The notes under the pieces: model-generated
What the model saw: the letters and a program-made list of their open reading frames with translations, nothing else
What the model was told of the DNA's origin: nothing
The model's database searches: none
Translations under genes and position numbers: made by a program
In this document: positions 1 to 12,910 of the stretch, one piece after another
Position numbering within the stretch: position 1 is the stretch's first letter
How the letters are laid out: the number at the start of each line of letters is the position of its first letter
NCBI GenBank assembly: GCA_963695335.1
Contig: OY968764.1
Coordinates: 1-64,000 of the forward strand
Direction: 5' to 3'
DNA length: 64,000 bases
Source: an uncultured bacterium
Lineage (GTDB): Bacteria > Babelota > Babeliae > Babelales > Vermiphilaceae

Positions 1-240
1 TATGCTGTTCCAATCGCTATTTAAAAGCTTTCTCCAACCATAATTATGCCTGGAAGCCACTATCCAAAACAAAGGGGGAATCTTATAAAAATTTATATCA
101 AAAGAACTCCTATAGTATATGTATAAATATAAACAAGTACAAAAAATAGATAAAATATATAAAAAATCTTTGACTCCCCTCCCCTTAAGTCTGCTATACC
201 TAGAAAAACATTTTTACCCTTTTTTTACTAAGGAGACAGT

Positions 241-903
241 ATGAATCGTAATTATATCCTCTTATTATGCCTTACAGGATTTTCAATCATTCAAGGAGCA
301 CAAGCTCCTAACCAAGTTATTACTTCTCAAATCAATGAAACCCAACAATCCATCGATGCAATTATTGCCCAGGCTAACCTAGATCCCCTTATTGCTCAAG
401 CATTAACAAATGAAGTAAATAATCTCACTCAACAAATAACAAACAATATGCAACAAGATGCACAAGATATACGTGTTGCCGCAACTCTTACAACTATTTT
501 AGAAGCAGTCCAAAAAACGGCTAAAGCAAACAGTTCATATGCGACCCTCTTGCCTTTGCTCACTGATTTAAAATATGCTGCTCGTATAAACACGGTTCAT
601 ATCTTACTTATGGGTGCTCTACCTGAACAATTCAAAAATACAGGCTACTATACAGACCCTTATACCGAGACAATAGGATTTACCCTCAACGCCTGCGCTT
701 TAAATACTATTATCGCAGCTCTTGTTGTTATGTTAGCCCCAACATCATTTGGCAAATCGCTCGCACTTAACCCTTCTTCACAAAAAACAACACTTACTAC
801 ACAAATTATTGCAGGGGTAGCAGCACACTTCGCATGGCTCTTGGAAAAAAAATATATCATCATTCCTACGCTGCAAAATCAAAACAATACACAAACAGTT
901 TAA
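241..903 (+). CDS. Hypothetical protein with signal peptide and C-terminal hydrophobic segments
   Basis: 220 aa ORF, AAGGAG RBS upstream, hydrophobic N-terminus; no recognised family. Confidence 0.75.
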   Translation: MNRNYILLLCLTGFSIIQGAQAPNQVITSQINETQQSIDAIIAQANLDPLIAQALTNEVNNLTQQITNNMQQDAQDIRVAATLTTILEAVQKTAKANSSYATLLPLLTDLKYAARINTVHILLMGALPEQFKNTGYYTDPYTETIGFTLNACALNTIIAALVVMLAPTSFGKSLALNPSSQKTTLTTQIIAGVAAHFAWLLEKKYIIIPTLQNQNNTQTV

Positions 904-1017
904 CGTAACAAATGAGGCGTATATATAATAAGGAAAAGGAATACCACAATTTCATCATTTAATGTGCCTGTGATATACTCACAATAAGATGTAAATATAT
1001 TAATGTAGAGGCTGTAA

Positions 1018-2112
1018 ATGTTCATAGATGATCTTCACGAACAACTTAAAAATATGACCCCTGATATTCAAACCATTGTATCCTTTTGGAACAGTGCACA
1101 ACTGGAAAAAAAATTTCAAGCTCTTGAAGCAGCCTCTCAAGAAGAAGAATTTTGGAAAAATCCAAAACAAGCTGAAATATCTAAAGAACTGCAACACGTA
1201 CGAACCCTTCGCGAACAGTATCTTGAAATAACAACTCATCACAAAGAACTCAGTGAACTCATAGACTTATTTGCAGAAAATGAAACTGAACTATCAAAAA
1301 TAGCTTCAGAAATTAATGGATTACGCAAAAAAACTACCGCTTTTAAGATACAACTCCTGTTAAATGATCCGAGTGATGCTTCAAACTGTTTTGTCCATAT
1401 TCATGCCGGCGCAGGCGGAACAGAATCACAAGACTGGGCAAATATGTTATTGCGGATGTACTATCGCTTTTGTGAACGCAATAATTTTCATGCCGACACC
1501 ATCGATTATCAAGCAGGAGAAGAAGCGGGTATAAAATCAGCAACGCTTTTTATTCGCGGAAAAAATCCTTATGGTTATTTTAAAAGTGAACATGGCGTTC
1601 ATCGCTTAGTAAGAATTTCACCGTTTGATTCAAACAAACGCCGTCACACATCATTTACAAGTATCATGGTCACTCCAGAAGTTCCTGATATCGATATTAC
1701 TATTGATCCAAAAGATTTACGTATTGATACATATCGTGCAAGTGGTGCTGGTGGACAACATGTGAATAAAACTGATTCTGCTGTACGCATTACCCATTTG
1801 CCCACAAATATTGTTGTTCAATGTCAAAATGAACGCTCACAACAACAGAATAAAGCTTTTGCTATGAAAATGTTATACGCAAAGCTTGCTCAAAAAATGA
1901 AAGAAGAACAAGACGCAAAGCTCAGCGCAGGTATTGAAAAAAGAAAAATCGAATGGGGATCTCAGATCAGATCCTACGTATTGCATCCTTACAAAATGGT
2001 CAAAGACCATCGTACCGATTTTGAATCTCCGCAACCAGATAAAGTTCTTGATGGAGAATTAATAGATTTTATTGAAGCCTTTCTTGTATGGAGAAGTACC
2101 GCTACTTCATAA
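1018..2112 (+). CDS. prfB: Peptide chain release factor 2, encoded in a single frame
   Basis: GAGGTESQDWA, SPF tripeptide (RISPFD), GGQ motif (GAGGQHVNKT), WGSQIRSY. Confidence 0.97.
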   Translation: MFIDDLHEQLKNMTPDIQTIVSFWNSAQLEKKFQALEAASQEEEFWKNPKQAEISKELQHVRTLREQYLEITTHHKELSELIDLFAENETELSKIASEINGLRKKTTAFKIQLLLNDPSDASNCFVHIHAGAGGTESQDWANMLLRMYYRFCERNNFHADTIDYQAGEEAGIKSATLFIRGKNPYGYFKSEHGVHRLVRISPFDSNKRRHTSFTSIMVTPEVPDIDITIDPKDLRIDTYRASGAGGQHVNKTDSAVRITHLPTNIVVQCQNERSQQQNKAFAMKMLYAKLAQKMKEEQDAKLSAGIEKRKIEWGSQIRSYVLHPYKMVKDHRTDFESPQPDKVLDGELIDFIEAFLVWRSTATS

Positions 2113-2150
2113 GTTAAATCGCCCGAACTTAATGTTATTATTAGCTACAA

Positions 2151-2194
2151 TAATAATCTCACAACAAAGCATGTATTGTTTTTTGTGAGATTAT
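2151..2194. terminator. Inverted repeat between prfB and collagen gene, possible terminator
   Basis: taataatctcacaa ... ttgtgagattatt. Confidence 0.45.
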
Positions 2195-2242
2195 TTACTA
2201 CAACTGAGACAATAATAATCTTTAATTCACAAGGAGTAGTAA

Positions 2243-4600
<2,358 letters not shown>

Positions 4601-4616
4601 AAATAAAGAAAAGCAA

Positions 4617-5027
4617 ATGAAACAGATCAAACTTATTTTTTTACTATCTATAACTCTTTTTTCACAACATTGTTGCGCAACAATGTCAGTAGGCTATATA
4701 ATTCAAAATATATCAGCAAATAGCTCCACTACTCATATAAATTTAGCTTATGCAACGGATTGGCAAGGTTATACCACAGGAGGGATCACATTCAACTATC
4801 CAACTGGTCTGTTCACCCAATCCCCTCTTATTCAAGTTTCAATTTCTCCAACGAGCTCACATCCAACTACCGAAACATTTACAGCTGAAGTTTCAGCAAA
4901 CAGTGATCTTTCAACAACAGTAATGGTCTATAGTGTATCTGGGGGAGTGGTTTCTGAAGCTCCCGCTAGTAGCATAAATGTCTATCTATTTGCTCTTGCT
5001 GATTCTACCGGAATAAATCTTTACTAA
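4617..5027 (+). CDS. Small secreted beta-rich protein, weakly resembling H-type lectin/tail-fibre tip domains
   Basis: Signal peptide; ITFNYPTGLFTQSPLIQVSI ... VYLFALA pattern; 16 bp downstream of collagen gene. Confidence 0.65.
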   Translation: MKQIKLIFLLSITLFSQHCCATMSVGYIIQNISANSSTTHINLAYATDWQGYTTGGITFNYPTGLFTQSPLIQVSISPTSSHPTTETFTAEVSANSDLSTTVMVYSVSGGVVSEAPASSINVYLFALADSTGINLY

Positions 5028-5069
5028 AAAGAACCCCGATATGATTTTTTCATATCGGGGATTTCTTTT
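5028..5069. terminator. Intrinsic terminator
   Basis: ccccgatatga-ttttt-tcatatcgggg followed by T-rich tract. Confidence 0.85.
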
Positions 5070-5076
5070 GTTTAAT

Positions 5077-5980
5077 AGACCTCTTTCGAAACTAATTTTT
5101 TAACTCAAAATTATATATTCCTGCTATCAAATTGAAACGTAAACCAAATCGCTTTCTCCTGTTGCGATATCGATCAGCGACAATTTTGAAACGTTTAATT
5201 TTACCTATAACATTTTCATTCAAAACACGTTCTTTTGATATTTCCTGATTTTTAATTTTATCAGCCTTTGTTAAAGGGTGCTTTTTGCTTTTCTTTTTTG
5301 GCATAGAAGTGTTCAAATGAATTTTTTGTAATCCTAAATAACCAGTATCAGTTAATGCGTTAATCGCAGGATTTATATGAACGCCTGAGTCTTTGAAAAG
5401 ACGAAAGTCATGTTTTCTTCCATTTGTAAAACTAGTACAAATAATAGCTGCTGTATCTTTATCAACAATCACTTGAGTTTTTACAGTATGTCTTTTCTTT
5501 TTTCCAGAATAAAATTGCCGTTGTTTTTTTTAGGGCGTTCAATTGGACTTTCAGCTACATCGATTAAAATTACTTCAAATTCATTATCGCTTTTGGTAAG
5601 AGCTTTTTTGCCAGGCAATTTAAATTCATTACATTGAATCAGTACATTTTCAACCCATCGAATTGATTGATATGCATTACTTTCACTTAACCCATAACTA
5701 GCTCCAATAGCAGCATAAGTTCGATACTCTCTTAGATACTCCAATGCCATTAAAAGCATGGTATCTAAACTTAATTTATTCGGACGACCACCTTTCGCTT
5801 TTTTAATTATATGCGCATTATGTAAAGTATAAGACATTAAAACAAAGGTGTTTCTCTTTACACCTACTACCCGGCGAAATTGTTCATCAGATAACTTTTT
5901 TAAATGATCTATTTTCATGGCCTCCCTTTTTTAGTTTAGCCATTAAATATATCTATTTTTCAGAGAATCGAAAGAGATCT
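5077..5980 (-). mobile_element. IS5-family insertion sequence (ISL2-like), copy 1, 904 bp
   Basis: TIRs AGATCTCTTTCGA / AGACCTCTTTCGA, flanking AAT (or TA) direct repeat, two-ORF DDE transposase; matches 61277..62180. Confidence 0.93.
5092..5918 (-). CDS. IS5-family transposase split into OrfA (5481..5918) and OrfB (5092..5472), joined by a -1 shift at an A8 run
   Basis: HTH_Tnp_4-like GGRPNKLS...YLREYRTY; DDE motifs LIDVAE, DTGYLG, RVLNENVIGKIK; -1 frame restores KKQRQFYSGKKKRHT. Confidence 0.88.
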
Positions 5981-5988
5981 AATCTATA

Positions 5989-7191
5989 TTAATGCAGTGA
6001 TGCATAACAATTCATATTAATTTTAGCATACTTATAATCAGGACATGCTTCATATGCTTTACGCGCAGCCCATTCACCAATTTCAAATTCATTAATATAC
6101 CAAGAACAACGCGCAAGCAACTCATAACGATAATAATCATAATGATATGTTTCAACAAACAAAACATCATGTTCTGGATATTCAACTTCACACGCACGTC
6201 GCGCAAATAAAAATGCTGATTCCATCTGATTTTGATACACATAATAATCAGCAATTTCCACTAATGGTTCTATACGATGCGGACGGAATTGATACGCTTG
6301 CATAAAATATTCAAGCGCTTCTGACCAACTATATTGATCTTTATATTCTGAAAACAATACCAACTTTTTAATTGTTTGAGCTAAACGGAAACGCACAATA
6401 AAATCTTCTTCATCCCAACCAACCATTTTGACGCGTATTTTATAAAAATCATATGCTTCTTGCCAATTACCAAGATCTTCACATGTACGAGCCAAATAAA
6501 ACAGTGTTCTTGTGCACCACGGTTTATCTTGATATTCTTTCAGCAGCAATTCACGATCTCTAATAAACCGTTTTGCTGTTTTTTCAACACCGCGCGATGC
6601 TGGCAAATAATTAAAATAAATAGTATCAGGAACTTTAACAGTCACCGCTTGCGGAACAACTTCATGCACTACACCCATAAAACGCACACCACGATTGCAT
6701 CGAAACAATCTACAACTATAATTCCCCAAATTAGCAAGGTTCATTAAATAAGAAGAATACGTATCACCACGTTCCAAACATAACTCACAAAAATCAACTA
6801 ATGCTCGCGCATCATTCAAATACCATTCTGCATCAGGCATAACCATAAATGCCGCATTCGGGAATTTTTCTTGTGCCAAATCAAGTGCACGGTTACGTGA
6901 TGTAGCAAAATCGATAAATGGCTCTTGCGCAATATATGCTTGGGTAATACTATGTTCGACAAAAAACTGTTCTGTTACTTCAATCGTGTTATCAGTAGAA
7001 CCTGTATCAAAAATAAAAAACGAGTCAATGCCACCATCCACAAATGGTTGCAGCGTTGCTCGCATCACTGTTTCTTCATTTTTAACCATTAATACCACAA
7101 CAAGTATTTGATCATAACTCAACTGCTCTGCTGCGCAAAAGCAGTGCAAGACAAAAAGAAAACTAAATAAAATGCGTATTATATGCTTCAT
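5989..7191 (-). CDS. Family 2 glycosyltransferase with TPR-like C-terminus
   Basis: LMVKNEE, FDTGSTDNT, DFATSRNRAL, PDAEW, GVVHE; helical TPR-like tail (FYLARTCEDLGNWQEA). Confidence 0.9.
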   Translation of the reverse strand: MKHIIRILFSFLFVLHCFCAAEQLSYDQILVVVLMVKNEETVMRATLQPFVDGGIDSFFIFDTGSTDNTIEVTEQFFVEHSITQAYIAQEPFIDFATSRNRALDLAQEKFPNAAFMVMPDAEWYLNDARALVDFCELCLERGDTYSSYLMNLANLGNYSCRLFRCNRGVRFMGVVHEVVPQAVTVKVPDTIYFNYLPASRGVEKTAKRFIRDRELLLKEYQDKPWCTRTLFYLARTCEDLGNWQEAYDFYKIRVKMVGWDEEDFIVRFRLAQTIKKLVLFSEYKDQYSWSEALEYFMQAYQFRPHRIEPLVEIADYYVYQNQMESAFLFARRACEVEYPEHDVLFVETYHYDYYRYELLARCSWYINEFEIGEWAARKAYEACPDYKYAKINMNCYASLH

Positions 7192-7323
7192 GATATCCTC
7201 TCACAGATTAAAAAACTTTTTATGAGAGAATAACAATGCGCCCACATATGGTCAAACAAATAACTAATTTTTAGCATTCATTTATAACAAAAATTATTTA
7301 TAACTTATCCGGAAATCTCAATT

Positions 7324-7466
7324 CCGCTCGTCCTGAGTGTTTTTTTGTCCTCAAAAAAATGTATCGAAGGATGCGGAATAAACAAGAATATTAAAAACTC
7401 TTTTTATGTTGCATCCTTCGATACATTTTACTGCGTTTCACTTCATAAAACACTCAGGACGAGCGG
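7324..7466. repeat. ~143 bp REP/MITE-like palindrome, copy 1
   Basis: ccgctcgtcctgagtg...gtatcgaaggatgc ... gcatccttcgatac...cactcaggacgagcgg. Confidence 0.9.
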
Positions 7467-7577
7467 CGGGAAAGAATCAATTTTTTTTAATTTTTAGATA
7501 AATTCTTAGTCTAAAAAATCAAGAAATGTGCTAAAATAATCAGCAAAAAATAGACAACTCATAACAGGAAGTTTTAC

Positions 7578-8378
7578 ATGTTGCATAACAAAATTATTAT
7601 TCTTTTTATAGCACTGCATTTGAATAGCATGCTCTTTGGCATGGAAGTTGAACAAAAACATAGTTTAATTCAGTTGTTACAACCTATTGATAAACACATC
7701 ACAGAAAACATAATGAATCTTACAACCCTACGCCCAAAACAATGGTGGTACTTATATACAACAAAACAAATAAATTCTCCTATAATCTGTTTTGATCCGT
7801 CTGAAACATTCCTCATAACAATGAACAATTATAAGGAGAAAATACGCATGTTTAATATAAAAACACGTCAAGAAATTAACCTTTATCCTCATGCAACATC
7901 CTATTACGTCGCTTCATTCAGCTCAGCCAGCTTCGACTCATCTGGAAAATTTCTCGCAAAAACAGTAGATAAAAATACGGATATCTTTGATTTACAAACA
8001 TTGCAAAAAATTAATTGTTTTTCGCATGAAATTCCGTGTATCTGCTTTGAATCTTCTGAAAAATACTTTGCGACAACGCCAGAATCCTCAAATCTTCAAG
8101 AAATACATATATTGGCTCAATATAATAATTACACTCTGGAACAATTACTACTCAAAAAAGCATTACTCACTTGGCTGCTTATTGAAAAACCAAATAAAAA
8201 AATAATAACAGTCGAAGCCCTCTTGGAAGATGTAGCATTAAAATGCGCCATTTCTTATGATTTACTTGAAATTTTGTCCACTTTCCCGAAAAGCATGCAA
8301 GATGCTTTAATGGAAACTATGGGCTCTAGAATTCAGAAATATGGAAAAGAGAATAATGAAAATTGCACTATACAATAA
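7578..8378 (+). CDS. Secreted protein with degenerate WD40-like repeats, putative effector
   Basis: Signal peptide then ME; repeats ICFDPSETFLIT, ASFDSSGKFLA, ICFESSEKYFAT. Confidence 0.75.
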   Translation: MLHNKIIILFIALHLNSMLFGMEVEQKHSLIQLLQPIDKHITENIMNLTTLRPKQWWYLYTTKQINSPIICFDPSETFLITMNNYKEKIRMFNIKTRQEINLYPHATSYYVASFSSASFDSSGKFLAKTVDKNTDIFDLQTLQKINCFSHEIPCICFESSEKYFATTPESSNLQEIHILAQYNNYTLEQLLLKKALLTWLLIEKPNKKIITVEALLEDVALKCAISYDLLEILSTFPKSMQDALMETMGSRIQKYGKENNENCTIQ

Positions 8379-8425
8379 CAAAACTATCTTTGTTCTATTT
8401 TAGAGTTTATCCGAAAATTACCGTT

Positions 8426-8574
8426 CCGTTCGTCCTGAGTGTTTTTTTGTCTTCAAAAAAATGTATCGAAGGATGCGGATAAACAAAAATATTAAATTAA
8501 AAAAAGCTTTTTTATGTCGCACCCTTCGATACATTTTACTACGTTCTACTTCGTAAAACACTCAGGGCGAGCGG
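8426..8574. repeat. REP/MITE-like palindrome, copy 2
   Basis: Closely similar to 7324..7466 in the same orientation. Confidence 0.9.
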
Positions 8575-8599
8575 GGTTAGAAATTTAATCTCTCTTCTT

Positions 8600-8654
8600 C
8601 CGCTCATCCTGAGTGTTTCGTCTTCGAAATGGATCGAAGTATCAGGGTGAGCGC
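8600..8654. repeat. Short variant of the same palindrome family
   Basis: ccgctcatcctgagtg-tttcgtcttcgaaa-tggatcgaag...tcagggtgagcg. Confidence 0.7.
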
Positions 8655-8677
8655 GAAGGAGACATGGTCAAACAAAT

Positions 8678-10282
8678 CTATGCAACAATTGCACGTAACA
8701 ACATACAAAGAGAATTACTTGCAAAAACACCTGACCAAAATGGATACCACTCTTCTTTATCAGATGACATCAGAGCAAGAAAACCACCCGCAATTAAACC
8801 GAACGTAATATCAAATGGCATCAATAAACCGCCCAAAACTAACATAGGATTTACATGTATTTTTTGCAAAAACAGCCCAAATAGTGCACCAACAATAAGT
8901 ACCGTATAATCAAAGTTTTGAGATTGAATAAGCAATTGACGCGATTGTGCACGATATGCAAACAATTCAGGTGAACCTAAACCAAAATGATTAATTAATA
9001 ACCAAAAAACCATACCAATACTGATTGATGCTACTACCAAACCTAATATCTGATATTTACGCATCACTGAACGAGAAACATCAGATAGTTGCGCTAATTT
9101 TCTTCCAAACAAAATATCTGCTGCAACACCTCCAGCCATTTCTACAAATGTTGCAATAAAAACCATATGAACATAGTTAATAGGGAAAATCAACATTGCC
9201 GGAACCATAACAAATGTTGCAAAGCGCCCCAATAATGCAAGGCCAATTCGACCAGCAATTGCTGCAATTTGATACGTTGTAATTACACTGCAAACAACCA
9301 AATACAGCTGCACATACCAAGAAAATTCAAAATAAGATAAAAACAAAATCAAACCAACTGCAACTATTCCAAAAAATAAACAATCAGTTTTGTGAGCAAA
9401 CATATTCAAAGAATTGTTTGTTTGCTTCATCTTATTAATACCATTTTTAATACCATTAAAAATTTGATGCGGCATAGAAAGCACACTCATTGCAGTAATA
9501 CATAAAACAATCCCACTACAAAATGCGAGTGTAAATTCTACTGATGATAAATACGTAAAAAACAACTTATGCACAGGATTTACCATAATAATTTGAGCAA
9601 GTACACCAACTGCAAGCGGTAATGCTATCACATGTCCCGTTACAAAACCAATCGCCCAAATCATTGGTGCAGTATCCAAATTAATTATCATACGTGGTAT
9701 TGAAAAAACAGAAACCTGCAAAGCAGAAAACAACGTCACAGATTTTGGTAGAACTGCATGCATTAAACACGTGCTATTTTGTAACAAAGAAAAAACAAGT
9801 TCTGCCACAAAACCAACCATCAACTCATATGCTTTACGAATCTGATTTTGAGCCGCAATCATTTTATAAATCAGTTGCCCCACAGGAAACGATAAATTTT
9901 GCGTATCAATTAATGTATGCTCTGCTACATCCGCTACCAACATGCCAAACGCACCTGCCAAAAAAGAAAAACAGCCCAGCATCACACTAAAAAATAGTGG
10001 GGAGCTCATCCATGCATTAAAAAGTGTTGAATCTAAAAAATAAATTGTAGGAAATGAAAAAGCACATGCCGTTGCCAAAATTCCACCAACTGAACCTGCT
10101 GATACAGCATATGCTAGAGAAGAATTTGTTATTCTTGCAATAACCTTAGAAATCAATAATCCAATAAAAACAAGTGTTGGAGCAATCCATGGACCAATGG
10201 GCGTTGCCAATGATACATAGCTCATAACAATTGTTGAAAATAAAGACAATGCTATACTGAGAATAATACCTATAAAATTCAT
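8678..10282 (-). CDS. OPT/YSL-family oligopeptide transporter-like membrane protein
   Basis: Many TM helices; LIDTQNLSFPVGQ resembles the OPT L.FP.G motif. Confidence 0.75.
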   Translation of the reverse strand: MNFIGIILSIALSLFSTIVMSYVSLATPIGPWIAPTLVFIGLLISKVIARITNSSLAYAVSAGSVGGILATACAFSFPTIYFLDSTLFNAWMSSPLFFSVMLGCFSFLAGAFGMLVADVAEHTLIDTQNLSFPVGQLIYKMIAAQNQIRKAYELMVGFVAELVFSLLQNSTCLMHAVLPKSVTLFSALQVSVFSIPRMIINLDTAPMIWAIGFVTGHVIALPLAVGVLAQIIMVNPVHKLFFTYLSSVEFTLAFCSGIVLCITAMSVLSMPHQIFNGIKNGINKMKQTNNSLNMFAHKTDCLFFGIVAVGLILFLSYFEFSWYVQLYLVVCSVITTYQIAAIAGRIGLALLGRFATFVMVPAMLIFPINYVHMVFIATFVEMAGGVAADILFGRKLAQLSDVSRSVMRKYQILGLVVASISIGMVFWLLINHFGLGSPELFAYRAQSRQLLIQSQNFDYTVLIVGALFGLFLQKIHVNPMLVLGGLLMPFDITFGLIAGGFLALMSSDKEEWYPFWSGVFASNSLCMLLRAIVA

Positions 10283-10320
10283 GATTTACTTTATATTTTA
10301 AATTATAGAACAGTGACAAT

Positions 10321-11370
10321 ATGCTATACAAAAATTATGTTTTGATTTTCACCATTCTACTATCATTTTCAACACAGTGCACTGAAAATGTTGAACAATT
10401 TTATACAACCTCTTTTTTAAAAAATGACACAGCAGTTCGCTCATCTTTAAAAGGGCAAGGGTTTGCTGAAGTTACATTCAAAACGCCTGATAATCTTACA
10501 CTTCATGGTCTTTTTTTATCCCGTCCCCATGCAACCAGCAATGTTATTATCTGTGCTGGGTGGTTTCCAGGGAAAAAAGAAGGAATGGCGACTTTTTATA
10601 ATTTACTGCCTACTGATTGTAATATTTTGTTTTTTGATGCAAGAGGACATGGCAGTAGTGATGGATCACTGTTGTGGAAGTTATGGGAATATGGCGTTCA
10701 TGAATACAAAGATGTTCTCGGTGCAATTTCTTATCTCAATAACACTAACTCTTCTCTACCAATTGTTATTATCGGTATATGCTCAGGAGCATTTAATGCT
10801 GCTCATGCGATAATCGACTTAACTAAAAATAATAACATTGAACATTCTCACGTTAAAGGACTTGTATTTGATAGTGGATGGGGATCAGTAACTGAAATCG
10901 CACGCACTGCTCCTCCAGCTGGAATAGAAAAACGACTCATCAATCTTTTAAAAAATGTATACAAAAATAAAAACCACATTAAACAAAGCTATATATTCAA
11001 ACTATGCTCACTGATAACCAATATTAATTATAAAATAAGCTATTACACATGCACCAAACATGTAACTAACTACTATGAACGCATCACAACATTATTTGAC
11101 AAAATACATTGTATTTCAACACCAATTCTATTTATTCACTCCTGCGATGATACCTATGCCATAAAAAGTGACGCTATCCGATTATCTCAGTTAGCGCCAC
11201 ATGCAACATGCTGGTGGATTAAAGAATCATTCCACGCAAAACATCATCTTATTCATAAAGAACTATATAAAAAAAAGCTCCATGATTTTCTTAACTCTAT
11301 TTTACGTCCTTCTCATGATGACCTGTTGATTCAGAACGATGCGTTGGACTACCTCCACCTGATGACTTAA
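10321..11370 (+). CDS. Secreted alpha/beta hydrolase
   Basis: FKTPDNLTLHG, FDARGHGSSDG, nucleophile elbow GICSGA, ILFIHSCDD. Confidence 0.85.
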   Translation: MLYKNYVLIFTILLSFSTQCTENVEQFYTTSFLKNDTAVRSSLKGQGFAEVTFKTPDNLTLHGLFLSRPHATSNVIICAGWFPGKKEGMATFYNLLPTDCNILFFDARGHGSSDGSLLWKLWEYGVHEYKDVLGAISYLNNTNSSLPIVIIGICSGAFNAAHAIIDLTKNNNIEHSHVKGLVFDSGWGSVTEIARTAPPAGIEKRLINLLKNVYKNKNHIKQSYIFKLCSLITNINYKISYYTCTKHVTNYYERITTLFDKIHCISTPILFIHSCDDTYAIKSDAIRLSQLAPHATCWWIKESFHAKHHLIHKELYKKKLHDFLNSILRPSHDDLLIQNDALDYLHLMT

Positions 11371-12805
11371 GAAAAGAAGTGAATTGTATTCGTGGAGAAG
11401 TTTTTTTCTGCTTCTCACTTACTCCCAACACATCAGGTGCACTTTGGACTATTTTTGTTGAAGAAGATCGGCTTCTTTTTTGAACAGCATCTCCAGTTGT
11501 AATTGATGGATTTTTGTATGTATTTGCAGAATGAGAACGTCCCTTTATTTGAGTACGATCCTCTGTCACCCTAATTGCAGGTTCTATAACTTCAGGTTCT
11601 GTATTAAATTTATGTCTTTCAGGCAACGACCACAATCGCAATCTACCATCTGTTGCTAACGCAACAACAGTTTTACCACGCAATGCAACCTGTAATAAAT
11701 GACCAATACCTTCATCAAGCGTCCCTGATGAAGTTCTATAATCATATGATTCTTCTACATCAGGAACTTCTAAAATAAATTCATCCATGTGTCCTTTACA
11801 ATCTTTACGGTATATTTTTATTTTTTTACGAATGTCTTCATCCATTTTAATATCATCAGTCCAATAAGCTACAGCAATCTGATCACCCAAATCAGCGGTA
11901 ACCTTATCATATTTTGATGACTTAGCAAAAAAAACTGTATCAATCTGTCGATCAATATCTTTCTCATTTAATTCGATTACTTTTACAATTTTTGCTTTCC
12001 CATGATCAGTCAAATAAAACAGTTCTCCATACTTTGAAACAGAATCTTCAGAATGTGAATCTCCAGAACATGGATAATAAATCTTTTTAATTTTATCTCC
12101 AGTTTTCACTTGTTTGTCATTAGAAAAATTAGATAAATCTTCAGCGCAAGACATCAACTGTATATCTCCGCGACTACCAGCGATTACTATGTCATTACCC
12201 TTTGGATTCATAGCAATATCAACAATCCTATGTGAACCATCAAAAACTTTTCTCTTAAAACGAGATTGATTAGATTTATTTGTATTTAAATCAATTAATG
12301 TTACAGATAATAAATCAGCTATTGCTAACACATCTCCAGAAGCATTCAAAGAGATTGCTTGAATAGGAGAATCCATCTGCGCAAAATTACAGAATCCATG
12401 AGAATACACGGCATATTCTGCAACAAGTTTTCTATCTTGTTTGCTATAATAATTACATGCAGAAGCAACTACCAATAGTTTATCTTGTTGTTCTGCTACC
12501 GCAATCAAAGGAATTTTTTTTATACATTGATGTTTAATAATGACATCACTCTTACCTGTATTAAAATGAAAATGACGTACTCTTCCAGGATCACTCACAA
12601 TTACTCCGTCTTCATCAGGAGTAATAATAAGGTCACCTGGCACTATTTCTCTCCACAATTTACCTTCTTCTGATACTGTTTTAGTATAAAAAAATCTAAG
12701 ATCCTTGACTGGCTTAAGAGACCCCGTATATCGATCAACTACTGATTTCTCCATTGGAAAGGCAACACAGCCATACAAAGCAAGAAATAACCCATATTTT
12801 TTCAT
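11297..12805 (-). CDS. Secreted beta-propeller (WD40-like) protein with Ser/Lys/Arg-rich tail
   Basis: Signal peptide then ME; ISLNASGDVLAIA, IAMNPKGNDIVIAG, ATDGRLRLWSL. Confidence 0.75.
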   Translation of the reverse strand: MKKYGLFLALYGCVAFPMEKSVVDRYTGSLKPVKDLRFFYTKTVSEEGKLWREIVPGDLIITPDEDGVIVSDPGRVRHFHFNTGKSDVIIKHQCIKKIPLIAVAEQQDKLLVVASACNYYSKQDRKLVAEYAVYSHGFCNFAQMDSPIQAISLNASGDVLAIADLLSVTLIDLNTNKSNQSRFKRKVFDGSHRIVDIAMNPKGNDIVIAGSRGDIQLMSCAEDLSNFSNDKQVKTGDKIKKIYYPCSGDSHSEDSVSKYGELFYLTDHGKAKIVKVIELNEKDIDRQIDTVFFAKSSKYDKVTADLGDQIAVAYWTDDIKMDEDIRKKIKIYRKDCKGHMDEFILEVPDVEESYDYRTSSGTLDEGIGHLLQVALRGKTVVALATDGRLRLWSLPERHKFNTEPEVIEPAIRVTEDRTQIKGRSHSANTYKNPSITTGDAVQKRSRSSSTKIVQSAPDVLGVSEKQKKTSPRIQFTSFLKSSGGGSPTHRSESTGHHEKDVK

Positions 12806-12910
12806 AAAATTTTCCCCATTTTTTATTTGTACGATATACTCATTAGAATAATTTAAAAATGTTTATATAAACTATAACAAACTATATTTATTTTTAGTAG
12901 GTACAATATT

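Noticed and set aside
5410..5637. 75 aa ORF duplicated at 61620..61847
   Set aside because: Antisense to the transposase; duplicated only because the IS is duplicated
5092..5918. Transposase pseudogene
   Set aside because: The same A8 split occurs in both copies and a -1 shift restores conserved motifs, consistent with recoding
7324..8654. CRISPR array
   Set aside because: Long palindromes separated by a gene, no regular repeat-spacer period, no cas genes
8613..8909. 98 aa plus-strand ORF
   Set aside because: Starts inside a repeat and is antisense to the OPT transporter
11297..11370. Convergent 3' overlap of hydrolase and WD40-like genes
   Set aside because: Short tail-to-tail overlaps are common in compact genomes; no evidence of function
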